Shown piece after piece: positions 49,774 through 62,535 of a stretch of DNA of 64,000 nt. The notes beneath the pieces are model-generated. The model was given only the letters and a program-made list of their open reading frames with translations, was not told the DNA's origin and did no database searches. The position numbers and the translations under genes were made by a program. Source of the stretch: Sphyrna mokarran (Eukaryota); NCBI GenBank assembly GCA_024679065.1, contig JAGIQG010000011.1:4464001-4528000 (forward strand), in the 5' to 3' direction. Every line of letters begins with the position of its first letter. Within the stretch, counting starts at the first letter, position 1.

Positions 49774-52209
49774 CTAGAAAATAAAAATAATAGTGAAAGG
49801 TTTAATTTCAAAATAATCACTTAAAGGTTTCATTGTGTAGAAAAGAACAGAACAAAAATCATTTTAGAAAAAAAGAAATGGGAAATAAATACATTGGGTA
49901 TGGAGATCAGGTTCTGTATTTAAATATTATTTTTAGACCAATAAATGCACTCTTTGGAATTAATAAGAAATCTTTTGGTACATTAAAATTCAATGCTTGG
50001 ATCAGCTATTTATTTAGCTAGAGTCAGTGGTATGAGAAATTATTTAGTCTGCACATATGATTGACAACACATGTCCAAAGAAATTGCACCAGCATGGAGC
50101 TCTGGTTGTATCATTGTTTATTTTATTCAGTCAGCAGCAAATACAAGAGGACTTGCCCTTAATAAACCTCAAATACCTTCACTGTACTCAAAATTCCCAG
50201 ATCACTGCCCATGATTTTCCAATATGAAGCATATGAAGGACTTTGCCGCAGACAAGAGTAAAAATAATTTACCTTTTAGAGTGATCAGAAGCTTCCATTT
50301 AATGTACCAAGTGCAGTTTTTGTTCAGGAACAGCAGTGACAAGTATCAACCAGTACAAATATCAACCAAAAGATAGTCATTTATATTTTCTCCTAGCAGT
50401 GAATTGTCTCTAGGAATTTGCTGAAAACCTAATATGTGAGGATTTGTCTCTGGAAGCACCATTGCTGCTTCTTTACTGTGCAGTTCAGGAAGCAACACCT
50501 TATTTTAAAAACAGCATGGAGCAGAATCTTGCCAAAAAATGACAGCGTCAAGATCTGGCTGAAAACTATTACACTATCTGACTATTAGAGTGTTCTTGCA
50601 ACCGGTCTCCCATCGTCCACACAACTCGGGCTCATCCAAAACTCTCGATGCCTTTAACCTAATTCACACAAATTTCTGTTCACTCGTCACCCCTATGATC
50701 AATGATAATAATGGTTCACAGACCGGTAACACTTCAATTTTAAGATATTCATCCTTATTTTCAAATCTCTCTATAACCTCCTCCAGTCCCACAACCTACA
50801 TGATTCCTGAGCTTATCCAATTCTAATTTCTTGCACATCCATGATTTTTATTGTTCTCTCATTAGCATGTTTCTCCTCTTCCTTCTACCCCCAAACAGTT
50901 AATGTCAGCAGTGCCCCCCCCACCTTCTTCCCTCCAAACACCGTTCCCGCCACCACAAACAGTCAACACCAACATCCTCCACACTCCAAAGAGCCTTCGC
51001 TGGCATCACACTCCTTCCTCCACTACTCCCCAAAACAGTCATCACTGGCATCCTCGCCTCTCCCATGTCCACCTCACCCCCCCATCACCACAAATAAATG
51101 AATCCCCACACGTGAGAGTCCCCATGGGGCCCATCCCTGGTACTGCCCCGGCACAGATTTAATCTGTACCGGGGGCAGTGTTGGGGGTATTGTCAGGGCA
51201 CTGCCTGGCTGTGTCCCTCTCCCCCAGAGGCTGAGTGAACCTACTGTACATCTTACTGACGTGATATCACTTCACTAAGGTATGAAAATTTAGTGAAGGG
51301 TGAATATATGGCAAGGAGGGAATGTAATGACATTAAAATTTGGTTAAATGTATTAAAATAAGGTTCTTGCACATTATGAACTTGAGTATGTCGCTAACGA
51401 GGGGTGGTGAAAATTGGAAATCGTGATCTCTCCAGTGACACTTGTGATTTTTGGGTTTCACTGAAAATTGGGCTCCACCTCCAATCCCGGGGATGGAGAA
51501 TGCAGGCTCACAATCACGACAATATAAGTATCCATTTGTAATTTTCTTCAGAAGAGAATTTTACATTAGAAGTGAGAGCATTTGGAGCAAAACATATTTT
51601 ATTGTGTTTCTTTTTGTTTAGTCTCACACTGAATTCTCTAGCAGTAGCCTGTTTTTCCATCCTGAAACATCTCCATCTGGTGTCTTGCAAGGATCTCTTC
51701 TTGGCTGCTTGATGTTCCTCATCTTCACACCGTTTCTTCAGTAGGAAACATGGGATCAGCTTTCATTTGTACACAGGTGACTTCCAGCTCACCTGTCATG
51801 CCTCCTTTGATATCTCCACTGCTACATCTTGCATGACATCCAGTTCTTAAGTGCAGTTGGAGCGAATGAGTCACTGAAGTTATATTTAATAGGTGCCAAG
51901 AAGTGTAGTATGATGCACTGGAATTCTCAGTTGGTGAGAGTAGGACAAATACAGTCATTTGGACACTAAAGAACAGGGATTGAAACAGTTCAATCTATTA
52001 TAAGAGTTTAGTATGAATTGTGAAGTCAGAAGGGGTCATTTTCTAACTTCAAACTGGAAGATGAACCTTGCTCACTTACGCTGCATGTTTTTAAGTTTGG
52101 CATGGGCTTTATGTTATTTCTTGAATCTAAAACAGTTGGAAAATGGTGAGATGCAGCACAAGTTGGAAAATTACTCCTGATATGTTAGTTCCTTAGGGAT
52201 TCTCAGCAA

Positions 52210-53435
52210 CAACTTGCAATTACATAGCAGTTTTAATAAGGTAAAAATATCCCAAGATACTTCACTGAAGCACTCACCAACAAAATTTGACACCGATACA
52301 CAGAGACAGTTCTTCAGACAGATTATCAAATTTAGAGCAGCATCTTTAACGGACAAAAGAGTGGTAGAAGTTTCGGGAAGGAAGTCTGAAGCTTAGATCC
52401 TAGGCTACTGAAAGCATAGCTGCTAATGAAAGAACAATAAAAATCATGGATGTGCAAGAAGTTAGAATTGGATGAGCTCAGAGATCACATAGGTTGTGGG
52501 ACTGGAGGATGGTACGGAGATGGAGTCGGGGGAGATTATGGAGAGATTTGAAAACAAGGATGAATATTTTAAAATTGAAGTGTTACCAGTCTATGAGTCA
52601 TTATAATCATTGATCACAGGAGTGATGAGTGAACAGAAATTTGTGTGAATTAGGTTAAAGGCATTGAGAGTTTTGGATGAGCCCGAGTTGTGTGGATGAT
52701 GGGAGACTGGTTGCAAGAACACTCTAATAGTCAGGCAACAAAAGCCTGAATGAGGGTTTCAGCAGCAAGGACAACTGAGCTAGGAGCTGAAGTGAACATT
52801 GTTACAGAGTTGGAAGTAGATCTTGGTGATGGAGTGGATGAGGTTGACAGCTCAACCCAGAGTCCAAGAGAATCAAGATCATGAATGTTCTAATTCAGAT
52901 TCAGATAGTAGCCATAGAGGGAAACAGTCAGTGGCTGGAAACTGAAGTTTGCAATGGCTTGGACTTTCCAATATTGGCTGGAAAATATTTCCATTCATCC
53001 AGTACTGGTTATCAGATAAGGAATGTGACAAATCAGAGGAAATGGAAGAAATAGTAGTGAGGTAGATCCTGGGGGACACCATAGGTAATAGTGTGAGAAA
53101 GGGAAGAACAACAACCAGAAATAATTCTCTGGCCATGACTAGATAGATAAAAATGTAAGCAAGGGAAAGCTGGTTGTGGTAAAATGCGTCAAAGGTTGGA
53201 AGAAAGGTGAGAGGATAAGAAAGATAGTTTACTATGGTTGCAGTGACAAAATATGTTATTTATAATTTTATTAAGGGGAGTTTTAGTGTTTTGACAGGCG
53301 TGGAAACATGGCCGGAAGGATTCAAAACACATCTTGGAAAGATGGGGATGGATTTGGACTGCAGCAACATGTTCAAGAACTTTGGAGAGGAAAAGGAAAA
53401 TGGAAATAGGTGACAGTTTGCAAAGACACAGCGTC
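52210..53435 (-). mobile_element. Old L2-clade LINE
   Basis: Minus ORF SPISIFLFLSKVLEHVAAVQI resembles the RT motif RPISNLPFLSKVLE; L2-type tail at 52210. Confidence 0.7.
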
Positions 53436-54677
53436 ATGTTTGGGATTCTTGAGTCTTTTATCAGCTAATAACAGTAAAATTAATGAACACTTAAAAAAAT
53501 TTCTATTCCATTTCAAATACTCATTTATCAAATGTTCAATTAAGCAGAAATTCCAATGTTTATAATTATCTTTCCTTTGGATTATATATGCGAAATTAGC
53601 TGGTGGCATGACAGGGTTATTGTTATTATGGTTCACTGCATGATAGATTAGTGAGAAGTGGCACTATTTAACCTATCAGTTTACTGAAACATAGCATCAC
53701 ACTGACTTTGGGTCTGCCTAGAAAGTTTAGATAAATGACAAACTACCATTGACTGATGGAGCAGAAAGTCCAATCTCTCAGAACAATGTGTTCACTAACA
53801 TAAGGAGAAGAACTTTTCATATGGTGCTGGAAGCTTGAATGTGCAATAATAATGTCATTCTCTGCAATGCATTCGCTAAAACAAAACAGAAAAATGTCCA
53901 AATATACAAAAAAAACAATGATATAAGTTGCTTGACATGAAGTGCTTCTACATTCTGAACTGCTTCTATATTCTGTTGAATTCCAGTTCAGTAAGAAGTC
54001 TGACAACATCAGTTGTCACATCATGAATTCTACTTCAACAGTTTGGAAACCTGACAAACATTATAAATTTCTATGACATCAAACTTTAATCATTTTGCTT
54101 CTGAAAGTGAGACTTGTGCTAGTGCACAGTTCCACTATATCTCCATTATCTTGTCCAAAGATCTGTTCTGCATGTGAGGATACCAGACAGACTTCAAGTT
54201 TTAAAACTTATTTATTAGTCACAAGTAAGATTTATCTTAACACTGCAATGAAGTTACAATGAAATTCCTCATTAGTGGGCATGATTGGTTAACAGTAATG
54301 TTCTGGTCCAAGATTCTTTGGCCATTTTATTCACAGAAAGTATTTGATGTGATTCACAGAGGTGAGATTTTCCTTTATATAGAACCTTTCACGATCACAT
54401 GTCTCAATACGTTTTACAACCAATGACATTCTTCTGAAGTATGACTTCTGAAGGCACCAGATAATGCAAAAGCTATGGGGCCCTGACAACATTCTGGAAA
54501 TAGTATTGAAGGCTTGTGCTCTAAAACTAGCTGCACTTCTGACCAAGTTGTTGAAGTCCAGCTACATATATCTGGCAATATGGAAAACTGCTTAGATAGG
54601 TGCTATACACAAAAAGCAGGCCAAATCCAATGTGGCCAATTGCTGTTTTGTCAGTTTACTCCCAATCATCATTAAAG

Positions 54678-55055
54678 GAGAGACGAAGGTTGAGAGGCGA
54701 CCTGATAGAAGTTCATAAGATGTTGAGAGGAATAGATAGAGTGGATTCTCGGATGCTATTTTCTAGGGCTGAAATGGTTGCTACGTGAGGACACAGGTTT
54801 AAGATGCTGGGGGGCAAGTACAGAGGAGATGTTAGAAGTAAGTTTTTCACTCAGAGGGTGATGAGTGAATGGAATCGGCTGCTGTCAGTGGTAGTACAGG
54901 CAAACTCGCTGGGGTCTTTTAAGAGACTTCTGAATGAGTACATGGGATTTAATGGGATTAGGGGTTACAGACAGTTCTATGTCCTGGTAGGTATTGATGT
55001 GATCGGCATAACTTGTGGGCCAAAGGACCTGTTTGTGCTGTAGTGTTCTATGTTC
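54678..55055 (+). mobile_element. CR1 3' fragment with TAAAG TSD
   Basis: Same subfamily as 6494-7192; taaag at 54673-54677 and 55056-55060. Confidence 0.92.
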
Positions 55056-56356
55056 TAAAGTGATGGAAGGCGTCATCGACAGTGCTATCAAGTGGCACTT
55101 ATTCAGCAATAATCTGCTCACTGACACTCAGTTTGGGTTCTGCCAGGGTCATTCAGCCTCTGACCTCATTAAAGCATTGAACCAAATATAATCAAAAGAG
55201 CTGAGCTCAGGAGGTGAAGTGAGAATGACTGCCCTTGACATCATCAAGGCAGCATTTGACCAAGTATGACATCAAGGAGCCCTAGCAAAATTGGAGACAA
55301 TGGGAATCGGAGGAAACTCTTCACTGGTTGAAGTCATGTCTGGCAAAAAGATGGTAATTGCTGGACAACACTGCAAGAGATCCTCATGGTAGTATCGGAG
55401 ACCACTTTCAACTGCTTCATCAATAACCTTCCTTCCATCATAAGGTCAGAAGTGGGGATGTTCATTAACAATTGTACAATGTTTATTACTATTCATGATT
55501 CCTTAGATACTGATGCAGCCTATGTCCTACTGTATCAAGATCTGGACAACATTCAGGCTTAGCCAGGCAATGACCATCTCCAAAAGATAGTATCTAACCA
55601 TTTCCCTTTCAATGGCTTTGCTATTGCTGAATTCCCCAATACCAACATCCTTGCAATTGCCATTGATTATAAACTGAACTGGATCAGACTTATAAATACT
55701 GTGGCTACAAAAGCAGGTTAGAGGTGAAGAGACACTTTGTTTCCATTTCAAAAGACTGTCCACCATCTACAAAGCATAACTTATGATGGAGTACTTTCCA
55801 CTTGCTAAGAGGAGTGCAGCTTCAACAACATTGACAAAGCTCAATACCATCCATGACAGACCAGCCCACCTAATTGGCATCCCATTCAGTGACTACAAGA
55901 GCAAGTCAGAGACTGGTATTTGTGAGGCTAATAACTCACCTCCTTACTCTCCAAACTTGTAGAGCATCTACAAGACACAAGTATGTTGAACTACTCTCCA
56001 CTTGGATGGATGAATAAGGCTTCAACAACACTCAAAAACTCAACACCATTCAGGGCAAAGCAGCCTGATTGATCTCATCCACTACTTTAAACATTCAATT
56101 CCTCTCCCACTAACACACAATAGCAGCAGCATCTACTATGTACAGAAAAGCACTGCAGTGAAACTCGGCAGGACTCCTTTGATAATACTCTCAAACCCAT
56201 GACCTCTACTACCGAGACAAACAAAGGCAACACATCAACACATTGGAACATTGCCACATGCAAGTTTCCTCCAAGCTATATGCCATCCTGATTTGCAGCT
56301 ATGTCATCGAACTTCTACTGGTACTGTGTCAAAATCTCAGAATTCCCTTCCTAACA

Positions 56357-56762
56357 GGTCAAATGCTGCTTTGATAATGTCAAGGGCAGTTACTCTCATT
56401 TCACCTCCTGAGATCAGCTCTTTTGATTATATTTGGTTCAATGCTTTAATGAGGTCAGGGGCTGAATGACCCTGGCAAAACACAAACTGAGTGTCAGCAA
56501 GCTGGTTATTACTGAATAAGTGCCATTTGATAACACTGTCGATGACATCTTCCAACACTTTAATGATGATTAGGAGTAAATTGACAGTGCAGCAATTGGC
56601 CACATTGGATTTGGCCTGCTTTTTGTGTATAGCACCTATTTAAGCAGTTTTCCATATTGCTGGATATATGTAGCTGGACTTCAACAACTTGGTCAAAAGT
56701 GCAGCTAATTTTGGAGCATAAGCCTTCAGTACTATTGCCAGAATGTTGTCAGGGCCCCATAG
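56357..56762 (-). repeat. Inverted copy of 54473-54677 plus 55061-55261
   Basis: Reverse-complement alignment over about 406 bp, lacking the CR1 insertion. Confidence 0.93.
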
Positions 56763-57159
56763 GTGGTGGACATATATACATCACAAATACTGCAGCAGGC
56801 AGCTCATCACCACCTTCTCAAGGAAATTAGGGATGGGCAATAAATGCTGACCTTGCTAGCAATGTCCACACCCCCTGAAAGAAATTTTTAAAAAATCTAA
56901 ACAATGGACAATTCTTTTATCATTTTGTCATTCAAAAGGAAACTTCTTGTTAGAACCAAGCTACGAGGGGAACTCATAAAAATTAGAACACAGGAGAAAT
57001 GAAGGAACAGAGGAGTGAACTTCTATACCTGGATAGTAGAATAGAATATGCAAAGGCTGTACTTTTAATTGTATTTAATGATCTGGAATGAGCTAGTGCT
57101 TGTGTGTTCTCTATTTTTGTAACACTAAACATACTTTGCACTTTGCACAACATACTTTG

Positions 57160-57926
57160 CACTTTGGCAGGAACAATAAATGTGTAGAGTATAGGGCTAA
57201 TGGTAGGGCTCTTAATAGTGTTGAGGAACAGAAGGATCTTGGTGTATGTGTCAATAGATCCCTGAAAGTAGGCAGTCAAGTGGATAAAGTTGTTAAGAAG
57301 GCATATGGAGTCTTAGCTTTTATTGGTAGGGGGATTGAATTTAGGAGCCGCAGCATCATGTTGCAACTGTACAAAACTCTAGTGCGGCCGCACTTGGAGT
57401 ATTGTGTGCAGTTCTGGTCCCCACATTATAAGAAAGATGTGGAGGCATTGGAGAGGGTACAGAGGAGGTTTACCAGGATGTTGCCTGGTATGGAGGGCAG
57501 GTCCTATGAAGAGAGGTTGAAGGATTTGAGGTTGTTTTCGTTAGAAAGGAGGCGGCTAAGAGGGGATCTTATTGAAGCATATAAGATGATTAGAGGTTTA
57601 GATAGGGTGGACAGTGATAGCCTTTTTCCTAGGATGGAGAAAGCTAGCACGAGGGGACACAGCTTTAAATTAAGGGGTATGAGTTATAGGACGGATATCA
57701 GAGGTAGGTTCTTTACTCAAAGAGTGATTAGGGAGTGGAATGCCCTGCCTGCAGCTGTTGTAGATGCGCCAAGTTTGGTGGCGTTTAAGAGGTTAATTGA
57801 TAAGTATATGGAAGAGAAGGGAATGGTTTAGTTTGGAGGGACATTGCTTTTTATTTTGGTCGGCGCAACATCGAAGGCCGAAGGGCCTGTTCTGTGCTGT
57901 AATGTTCTATGTTCTATGTTCTATGT
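57160..57926 (+). mobile_element. Young CR1 3' fragment with an open C-terminal ORF2 frame
   Basis: Uninterrupted ORF to the natural stop at 57831; stem-loop and (GTTCTAT)3 tail. Confidence 0.95.
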
Positions 57927-58344
57927 AATCAACTCCTGTTAATCCATTAAAGCAAGCTATACACTGAAAATATGAAATAAAAAGAGAAAAAACAAGAAAT
58001 ACTGAGCAGATGAGGCAGCATCAGGGAAAAGAGTTATTGTTTCAGGTTGATAATATTTTATCAAAACTGAAACATCTTTCAATTCCCCAGCACCCCACCC
58101 CCTCCTTCACCCTGGCTTTGTGAAACATTAAATCTCTTCTTCCAGTTGTGATGAGAAGTCAAAACTTTAAAAAAATCTTAGTTTTCTTTTCTTGTCATTT
58201 TTCACTTTCTCCAATTTTATTTCTCTTTGCACCTGATCTAACTCTAATCCACCAACTTTAATCAATCTATTCCCTTCTCCGCTGTTTCTCAATCCTTAAA
58301 TCATTTTGGTTAAACATAAGAATCCTACGTGTCTGTTATCTTTT

Positions 58345-58750
58345 TAATCTGTTTATTGTCACTGGCATTGTTTCTCATCCCTAATTGTCTTTGAGAAGGT
58401 GTTAGTAAGCTCCCGTCTTGATCTTCTACAATTTATGTGGTTTAGGTTTATCCATGATGTTGTTAGGGAGGGAGTTCCAGGATTTTGACCCAGCGGCAGT
58501 TCCAAGTTAGAATAGAATGTGGCTTGGACAGGAACTGATAGGAGGAGTCCTATTAGGTTGCATGGTTGGAAGATACTGTTAAAGTGGGCTTATAGTTCAT
58601 CTTGTAGATGGTACACATTGCTGCTATGGTAAATCAATGGTGGAAGGTACATATGTTTAAGGTGATGGATGATGTGCTCATCAAATAGGCTACTTTGTCT
58701 TGGATGATACTGAGTTTTTCAAGTAGTGTTAGAGCTGTACTCATTTAGAC
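58345..58750 (-). mobile_element. Older CR1/L2-type LINE 3' fragment
   Basis: Reverse match to 31740-31900 and 56000-56890. Confidence 0.7.
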
Positions 58751-61700
58751 AGTAATCAAAATTATAGACCTGTAAGCCACAAAACAAGGGGGGGGGGGGG
58801 ATTCTCCCAGCCTGCTGTGCTGCTCACAGAAGGCCATTTAGCAGGCTCCTCGCTGGATGCCATGGTCTCCATGTGTCCCCAGCTGGAAGTTTTTGGAGTG
58901 CTCAGCTTGGCATGGAGGTGATTTAAATATTAAAATTTGAATTTCAGTCCCATTAGTGGGCCCGGGACTACGTCTCCAGATCAGGTTGTTCTACTCCCAC
59001 CCCTTCAGGAGTGGCTCACTCCAGCAGGAATTCCAACAGCTCCCCACTAATAGGGAAATGGTGGCCAGCTTATCCTGCTGGAGTGAATAGAGGCCATGGA
59101 GGGCCCCTCAAGATGTTGGGGGTAAGATGGGTGTCCCCTGGGCATTGCCCAACGGGCAAAGTGGCAATACCCAAAGAGCACAATGGCATTGCCCACTGGG
59201 CATCAAGCAGGGCCAGAAGAGGTGGGGCCTATGGGGGGAGAGGGGCAGATTGGTGGGGACTGGAAGGATCCATGGCGGGGAGACATTGGGATCTACCCAG
59301 AGAGATCTAAGAGGGATCAATCGGCTATGGGGGGGGGGTGGTTGGGAGGGGCAGCGATGTGCAGTTACTGTGCTGGCCAGTGATCATCCAACAATCAAAA
59401 GCTGGCAGCATGGGACCACCATGCATGTGCCAATCTTCACTATGACAGATCAGGGCACATGAAATAGCCCTCACAGCGCTAAGCTGCCAGCCTCTCCAGC
59501 AGGAATAAGTCCTGCCCATTGATATTCTAGTGAATCTTGCTAGTGCACTCTGTGGGAGATTCATTTTGAAAATTTCGTTTAAAAAAAGGTGGGTGTTACT
59601 CCAGTTTTTATGTTAATTTGGCACTTGAAATTTTTTGTAAGAACTGCCCTCATGACCTTTTGCTGTGGCCCATGTAATTTCCACTATGAAATATGTCATT
59701 AATATCTTGTGGTTACATTGAGAAACAAACTGGTCTCAAAGGAAAGAATTCCTATTTAAAAGATGGCAACAACCCAAATAACCTATTTAATTATTCCCTA
59801 CTCCCATTCCAGTTCTATTGTCATGTTGATTATAAAGACATTTTTAAACTTTGATGTCATTGCTCTGTGCAACTAGCAAATTATATTTTGTGGTATTATG
59901 TTTAAAAAAAACACGACTGAGAGAGAGAGTAATAGTTACTGATTCCTAAAGTAATTTATCTGTTTTTGAAAGAGATAATGGGGAATTTTGACCAGGCATC
60001 TTTCTGGTTAATTTTGAATAATATAACTGCATCTTTAATATCAATTTTAACTACTGAAATATGCAGATTAGTGAAGAATAACTCTCCTAAAATGCTGCAA
60101 CCTCAGTTCTGTACTAATCTGGAAGACAAGCATAGATTATGCATTTAAATCCTGGTCAGGATTTGAGTTCAACATATATGATTCAGAAGTCAGCATGCTA
60201 CCAAATGAGTCAAGCAGATACTTGTCGCTCATGCCATTGTGTGTGCTATCTCATTGGTTGGAACATTGTGAGCACTATGGGTGGTGGCATTTTACCATCT
60301 ATTTTCAGTATCAGGCTCTGACTGAAAACCAGCATAGTAGCTTTCCAGCTGCTCAAACCCAGCTTTCATTCCAGACCTTGAGCCTTTCTCTGTGTGAAAA
60401 AAATGAGCAAGTGTGGTTTACAACATCGCTACGGCTGGGCTTGGCATGACAGGACACAATCTTTGGAGATCTCTCCTCACCACTGCGAAAACCTCAGGCA
60501 TTCCTCCTCCTTACTGCTGCTCCCCTCTGCCTGCAAGTTTTCCTCTTATTGCCCGCTCACCTCCCCATCGCACATAACTGGAACCAACTCTCCCTCACAA
60601 TGGGGCTCCTATGAGTGCCTGTACTTGGCACTGCCCCTTTGCACAGGTTGGCACATCCAGGCCTGGGGACCTCTTCAATTGAATCTCATCTTTGAAAACC
60701 TTGTTGTAAACCTTGCTGGTGACATGTTACATTGGAGAGGTTTGAATATCTGAGAGGATTCATGTGGTGGTGGTGGTGGGGGGGTTGGCTAATTAAATTG
60801 AAATGTATGGAAATCTATTAAAACGAGTGTCACACGTTTTGAGGGTGTAACATTACAGTAAAGGCATAGAAATTTGGGAAATATAATCTCTCAAGTGAAC
60901 TTCACTTCCCCAGTTTCTCCAGATTTTCCGCCAATGTCATCAACCCTGTGGATTGCCAACATGGGCTGAAAATCACCCTCCCCACTCAGCATTGTTTCAA
61001 TGCTAGCATTCAGGTGCCTCTATTCTTCAGAAGGAAGAAACTTTCAGAAGGAAGAAAAACCTTAAGCCAGGACAAACTTATTTTCCATGAGACATTGCAA
61101 TCATTGTAATTCTATCAGAGTTGTCAAATATTAAAAAAAAATCCCCAACCACGAAGATCAAACTGCTGAATTATTCTACAAAGAAAAGAAAGTATTGCAA
61201 GATGTTTTTATAATGTGGCTTCTCACAAGGCTGGCAGTACATATTATGGTTGATATTTCACATGCTTGTGTTTTTTTTCCATAGAAATAGTTTGCAAATA
61301 CACGTTGTTTTCCCCTCTTGTCCCTAATGGGTGGAGTCACGTTGTGTTATAGTTATCTGAGCATTTGCTGGCTGTATGTATCTTGCTTAGATAGGTGTAA
61401 ACCTTTCCTTCATTTTTTGAGGCAATACACGGTGCATGAGGACAGGTAGTGAAAGTTGGCAAGCATTGCTGCTGAGTACAAATGAACTTCATGAAATTTC
61501 AAAGCAGGAGTCACTGGACTGCGGTCAGGAATAGGAATTCTGAATGAATTTCTCATCCAAATGAAGGAACACTGACATTAAATGCAGTGCACCCACTTTA
61601 GTCCCAGCTGCGGCCAGTTCTCTCACTGAAAAGCAGTGATTGAAGGTCATTCCTCTTTCAGTGACTCTGTTACTCTTTTGACATTTATTTGCTGAGCCCC

Positions 61701-62413
61701 TGGGCTGGTTTGGGGTGGGTTGGGCAAAGATGAGGAATGCATGGGTACTATTCTTGGGTTCACAAACAACAGCATAGATATAAATGTGCTGTCCTTTAAA
61801 ATTTTTTCAAAATGCTACAAATTTCTGTGGAGTCAAGAACTTCCAAAATGAATAAAATAATTGCTGCAGGTTTCTGCATTTTTTTTTGCCACAGGGCCTG
61901 ATTTTACCAAAAATTCATGCTCGTTTTCGGGCACAAAATCGCAGTAAATTTGGGCGCGGGCTGTAACGTGGTCTGCACCCAAAATCAAGCAGATTGCACC
62001 TTTACCAACACCCGCACCCCAATCGGGTGGCCCAATGATTTAAATGTATTAGCATGCATTTAAATCGTCTTAATGAACCGCGCAGCCAACTCTACCGCCA
62101 AATCCCACTTTACCATCTTCAGATCCATTCCGGATCCGCGCTGTTACCAACCTGCAGAATAAAAATCCAAAGCAGATTCCTATTCTGCAGGGGAACCTCC
62201 GAAGCTCATCCTCCTTGAATACCCTTCGCAGACCCACTGTTAACTATCCTAGCAGACCTACTCCCCACGATCCGAACCCCTTGGGAGGCAGACCTCACAC
62301 AGCAGACCACCCCCACCCCCCACTCCCCTGAAGGCAAACCCCTCTCGGCAGAGCACACCTCCAACCTACTTGCATTGCTGCTCTCCCTATACCATCCTTC
62401 TGACCTGCACTCG

Positions 62414-62535
62414 TTGATATGGAGATGTCGGCGTTGGACTGGGGTAAACACAGTAAGAAGTCTCACAACACCAGGTTAAAATCCTGTTGGAAAGTCCTAT
62501 TGGACTTTAACCTGGTGCAGTGAGACTTCTTACTG
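62414..62535 (-). mobile_element. Minimal Penelope fold-back remnant with a TSD
   Basis: Tail ggagatgtcggcgttggactggggtaaac; inverted arms 62451-62484 and 62502-62535; ctgcactcg at 62405-62413 and 62533-62541. Confidence 0.85.

Larger units (their letters stand above)
54460..56890 (+). mobile_element. Older CR1/L2-type LINE containing a CR1 insertion and an inverted self-copy
   Basis: QFGFCQGHSA-DLI and ALDI-KAAFD RT motifs; 3' end cttctcaaggaaattagggatgggcaataaatg. Confidence 0.8.

Noticed and set aside
50268-50385. Possible upstream S1-S2 exon (donor-like aag/gtaaat on the minus strand)
   Set aside because: Translation shows no KCNH similarity and the most suggestive frame has a stop
57100-57831. 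243-aa ORF as a functional protein
   Set aside because: C-terminus of a 5'-truncated CR1 ORF2; lacks the RT core and endonuclease
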